Of a stretch of DNA of 64,000 bases, positions 62,314 to 64,000 are shown in pieces. How positions within the stretch are numbered: position 1 is the first letter of the stretch; each line of letters begins with the position of its first letter. Location: NCBI GenBank assembly GCA_049304275.1, contig JBAQNZ010000017.1, positions 11,890-75,889 of the forward strand, written 5' to 3'. Position numbers and translations under genes: made by a program. The stretch is from Candidatus Microsaccharimonas sp. GTDB taxonomy: Bacteria > Patescibacteriota > Saccharimonadia > Saccharimonadales > Saccharimonadaceae. The notes under the pieces were generated by a model. The model worked only from the letters and a program-made list of their open reading frames with translations, was not told where the DNA came from and did not search any database.

Positions 62314-63399
62314 TTATTTAGATTTTTTGCTGCTGCCAGGCAGGCCAAGTGAGATCTTGCGGCTGTCTTTTTCAACGTCCAAAACGACAAAGCTTTTGCG
62401 TTCGTTGAGAGTAAAGACTTTTTCAGGATCGCTGGCGTCACCTTCACCAAGTTCACTGACATGAACCAGAGCTTCAACCGCTGGGCTGATTTGAACGAAT
62501 GCTCCGAATGGCGTAATACGCGTCACGGTTCCTTCAACTTCTGCACCAGGTTTGAATTGGTCAACTTCGCTCATCCAAGGATCCTCGGTCAGTTGTTTCA
62601 TGCTAAGGCTGAGGCGGTCTTTGTCGATAGCGATAATTTTCGCATCAATCGTTTGGCCGACCTTTACGTAGTCACTTGGGTTGTTGACGCGTTCCCAGCT
62701 AATTTCGCTAATGTGAACCAGACCTTCGATACCTTCGACGTTAACGAAGACACCATAGTCAACTACACCAGTAGCGACACCCTTCACGCCGTCACCGATC
62801 GCAAGTTTTTCAAATCGAGCAGCAAGGCCTTCTTTGACCGCTTCCTTCTCAGAGAAGATCAGCTTGTTTGCTTTACGGTCAGCATCAAGAATACGAACCT
62901 TAAGGTTTTGGTTAATCAGTGAGTTCAGACGTTGCAGAATTTCTTCCTTGTCGCTTGAACCAACACGCGGGTAGTGTTCAGCTGATAGTTGTGACACTGG
63001 CAGGAATCCACGAACGCCGTCGTATTCAACCAACAGGCCGCCACGGTTTGCGTCGTATGGAGACACTTCGATAATTTCGCCGCTTTCCATCTTGAGCGCA
63101 AGCTCGTCCCAGCCTTTATCTTTGGCTGCTTTACGAAGGCTCAAAAGAACCTGTCCGTTTTCTAGTTCTGGATCAACGATACTAGCGGTGACTTCGTCAC
63201 CTTCGGCGAGGGCACGTGAGAATCCAACTTCCCGACGCGGAACCAGTCCGATTCCGTGTGGGCCTAGATCGATCAGGATTTCGTGCTTGGCAATCGTGAG
63301 AACACGACCATCAATCACCTCTCCTTGGGTTAGTTGTTTGATACTGCTGTCTTCGCTGGCAAGCAGTTCATCCATTGTTATTGCGGCTTTTGTTGCCAT
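62314..63399 (-). CDS. rpsA: 30S ribosomal protein S1 (four S1 domains)
   Basis: Four repeats of the S1 OB pattern (G.V..G.V..I...G..V.L......GL.H.SE). Confidence 0.9.
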   Translation of the reverse strand: MATKAAITMDELLASEDSSIKQLTQGEVIDGRVLTIAKHEILIDLGPHGIGLVPRREVGFSRALAEGDEVTASIVDPELENGQVLLSLRKAAKDKGWDELALKMESGEIIEVSPYDANRGGLLVEYDGVRGFLPVSQLSAEHYPRVGSSDKEEILQRLNSLINQNLKVRILDADRKANKLIFSEKEAVKEGLAARFEKLAIGDGVKGVATGVVDYGVFVNVEGIEGLVHISEISWERVNNPSDYVKVGQTIDAKIIAIDKDRLSLSMKQLTEDPWMSEVDQFKPGAEVEGTVTRITPFGAFVQISPAVEALVHVSELGEGDASDPEKVFTLNERKSFVVLDVEKDSRKISLGLPGSSKKSK

Positions 63400-63503
63400 A
63401 AGTCTGTTAAAGACTCCTTCCTAAAATTGTATTTCGGGGGCACACTAAAGGGTAGCGGACCTCCTCGATTAGGGTCTATTGTACCCCAGTTTAAGAGATA
63501 AGT

Positions 63504-63893
63504 CTAGAGTTCACGGACCATGCGACGAGACGCAATGTACAGCGAGATGCTCAACGAAAGAACAGTCACGGTAACAATGCTGGTAGCGTCGGTACCAGTA
63601 GCCGGAAGTTCAACTGTACTGGTGACGGCAGTGGTCGGCGTCGTATCGGTGTGCGTACCGTTCGATGATGACGATTCACTTGAACCTTCATCGACCTTTG
63701 TTGGCTGGGTAGCGGTTTTTGACTGTTCGGTCAGGTTCTGTTCAGCGATCTTCACCGCTTCAGCGCGACGAGCCTGTTCACCCCGTTGCTGGACGTACCA
63801 AACGGCACCAAACACCAGTGCTGCCAAGACGACGACACCGATAATGAACACTGTTCCTGTTCGCGTAATTCTCCAACCTGTCCAAACAGCCAT
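63504..63893 (-). CDS. Small LPXTG-anchored surface protein
   Basis: N-terminal TM/signal, a Ser/Thr-rich middle, then a C-terminal LPATG followed by a hydrophobic stretch and SRRMVREL, which is a classical sortase sorting signal. Confidence 0.7.
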   Translation of the reverse strand: MAVWTGWRITRTGTVFIIGVVVLAALVFGAVWYVQQRGEQARRAEAVKIAEQNLTEQSKTATQPTKVDEGSSESSSSNGTHTDTTPTTAVTSTVELPATGTDATSIVTVTVLSLSISLYIASRRMVREL

Positions 63894-63977
63894 ACACTTC
63901 TCCCTTTATTACCTCTATTGTAGAAGGTTCTGAAGCGTATGCAAGCGCAAGCGGGATGATCATACGATTCTTTAACG

Positions 63978-64000
63978 CTCGGGTCACTTTATGGGGAACT
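63978..64000. repeat. Start of another copy of the arm-type repeat seen at 46519-46543 (truncated by the window end)
   Basis: ctcgg-N7-tatggggaact here, versus ctcgg-N9-tatggggaact at 46519-46543. Confidence 0.45.

Noticed and set aside
1-64000. tRNA, rRNA, tmRNA, RNase P RNA, SRP RNA, CRISPR arrays, IS elements, integrases and toxin-antitoxin pairs.
   Set aside because: All spacers longer than 90 nt were read on both strands. I found no GGTTCGAATCC-type T-arm, no cloverleaf, no conserved RNase P, tmRNA or SRP motifs, no regularly spaced short repeats, and no transposase or integrase-like ORFs. Absence is by eye only and should be confirmed with tRNAscan-SE, Infernal and ISfinder.

Overview
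The window is gene-dense, with about 62 protein-coding genes, mostly on the minus strand, and very short intergenic spacers. I found no rRNA, tRNA, CRISPR array, transposase or integrase by eye. The content is core housekeeping:
- Cell division and envelope: ftsE, ftsX, a PcsB-like CHAP hydrolase, a Ctp peptidase, murI, murD, ftsA, ftsZ, an LCP protein, lepB and uppS.
- Translation: prfA, prfB, prmC, serS, lysS, proS, ileS, infB, rpsA, rpsB, tsf, frr, rpsU, rplU, rpmE, def, fmt and map.
- Secretion, replication and partition: secA, recJ, priA and parAB.

Several traits suggest a reduced Gram-positive-type genome such as Patescibacteria/CPR (Saccharibacteria-like). These are FtsEX plus a PcsB-like hydrolase, LCP, an LPXTG protein, VKOR, a ProRS without the INS domain, short Tsf and IF-2, an rpsB-to-proS cluster lacking pyrH and cdsA, and many apparently leaderless promoters. 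This placement is inference only; no database search was possible.

Both RF1 and RF2 are present, and TGA terminates recognisable genes such as murI, so the standard code applies.

The most interesting items are:
1. A 1350-aa multidomain protein operon (55217-60408) with paralogous small helical proteins. Its C-terminal GT-A-like domain has a second, stand-alone paralog at 11877-13265.
2. A nested inverted-repeat element with a compensatory-changed internal hairpin between map and ftsA (46495-46745). A further arm-like copy starts at the window end.
3. A GC-rich Clp_N-domain gene cassette flanked by 12-bp direct repeats (3664-4295).
4. A surface-protein cluster whose two largest members share a C-terminal G-[LV]-AWYWW anchor motif.
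5. Two intergenic promoter-duplication modules with the same hairpin architecture.
6. An NrdR homolog lacking all four zinc-ribbon cysteines.

All coordinates and motifs come from reading the sequence and the ORF track. Family assignments rest on recognised motifs, not on searches.
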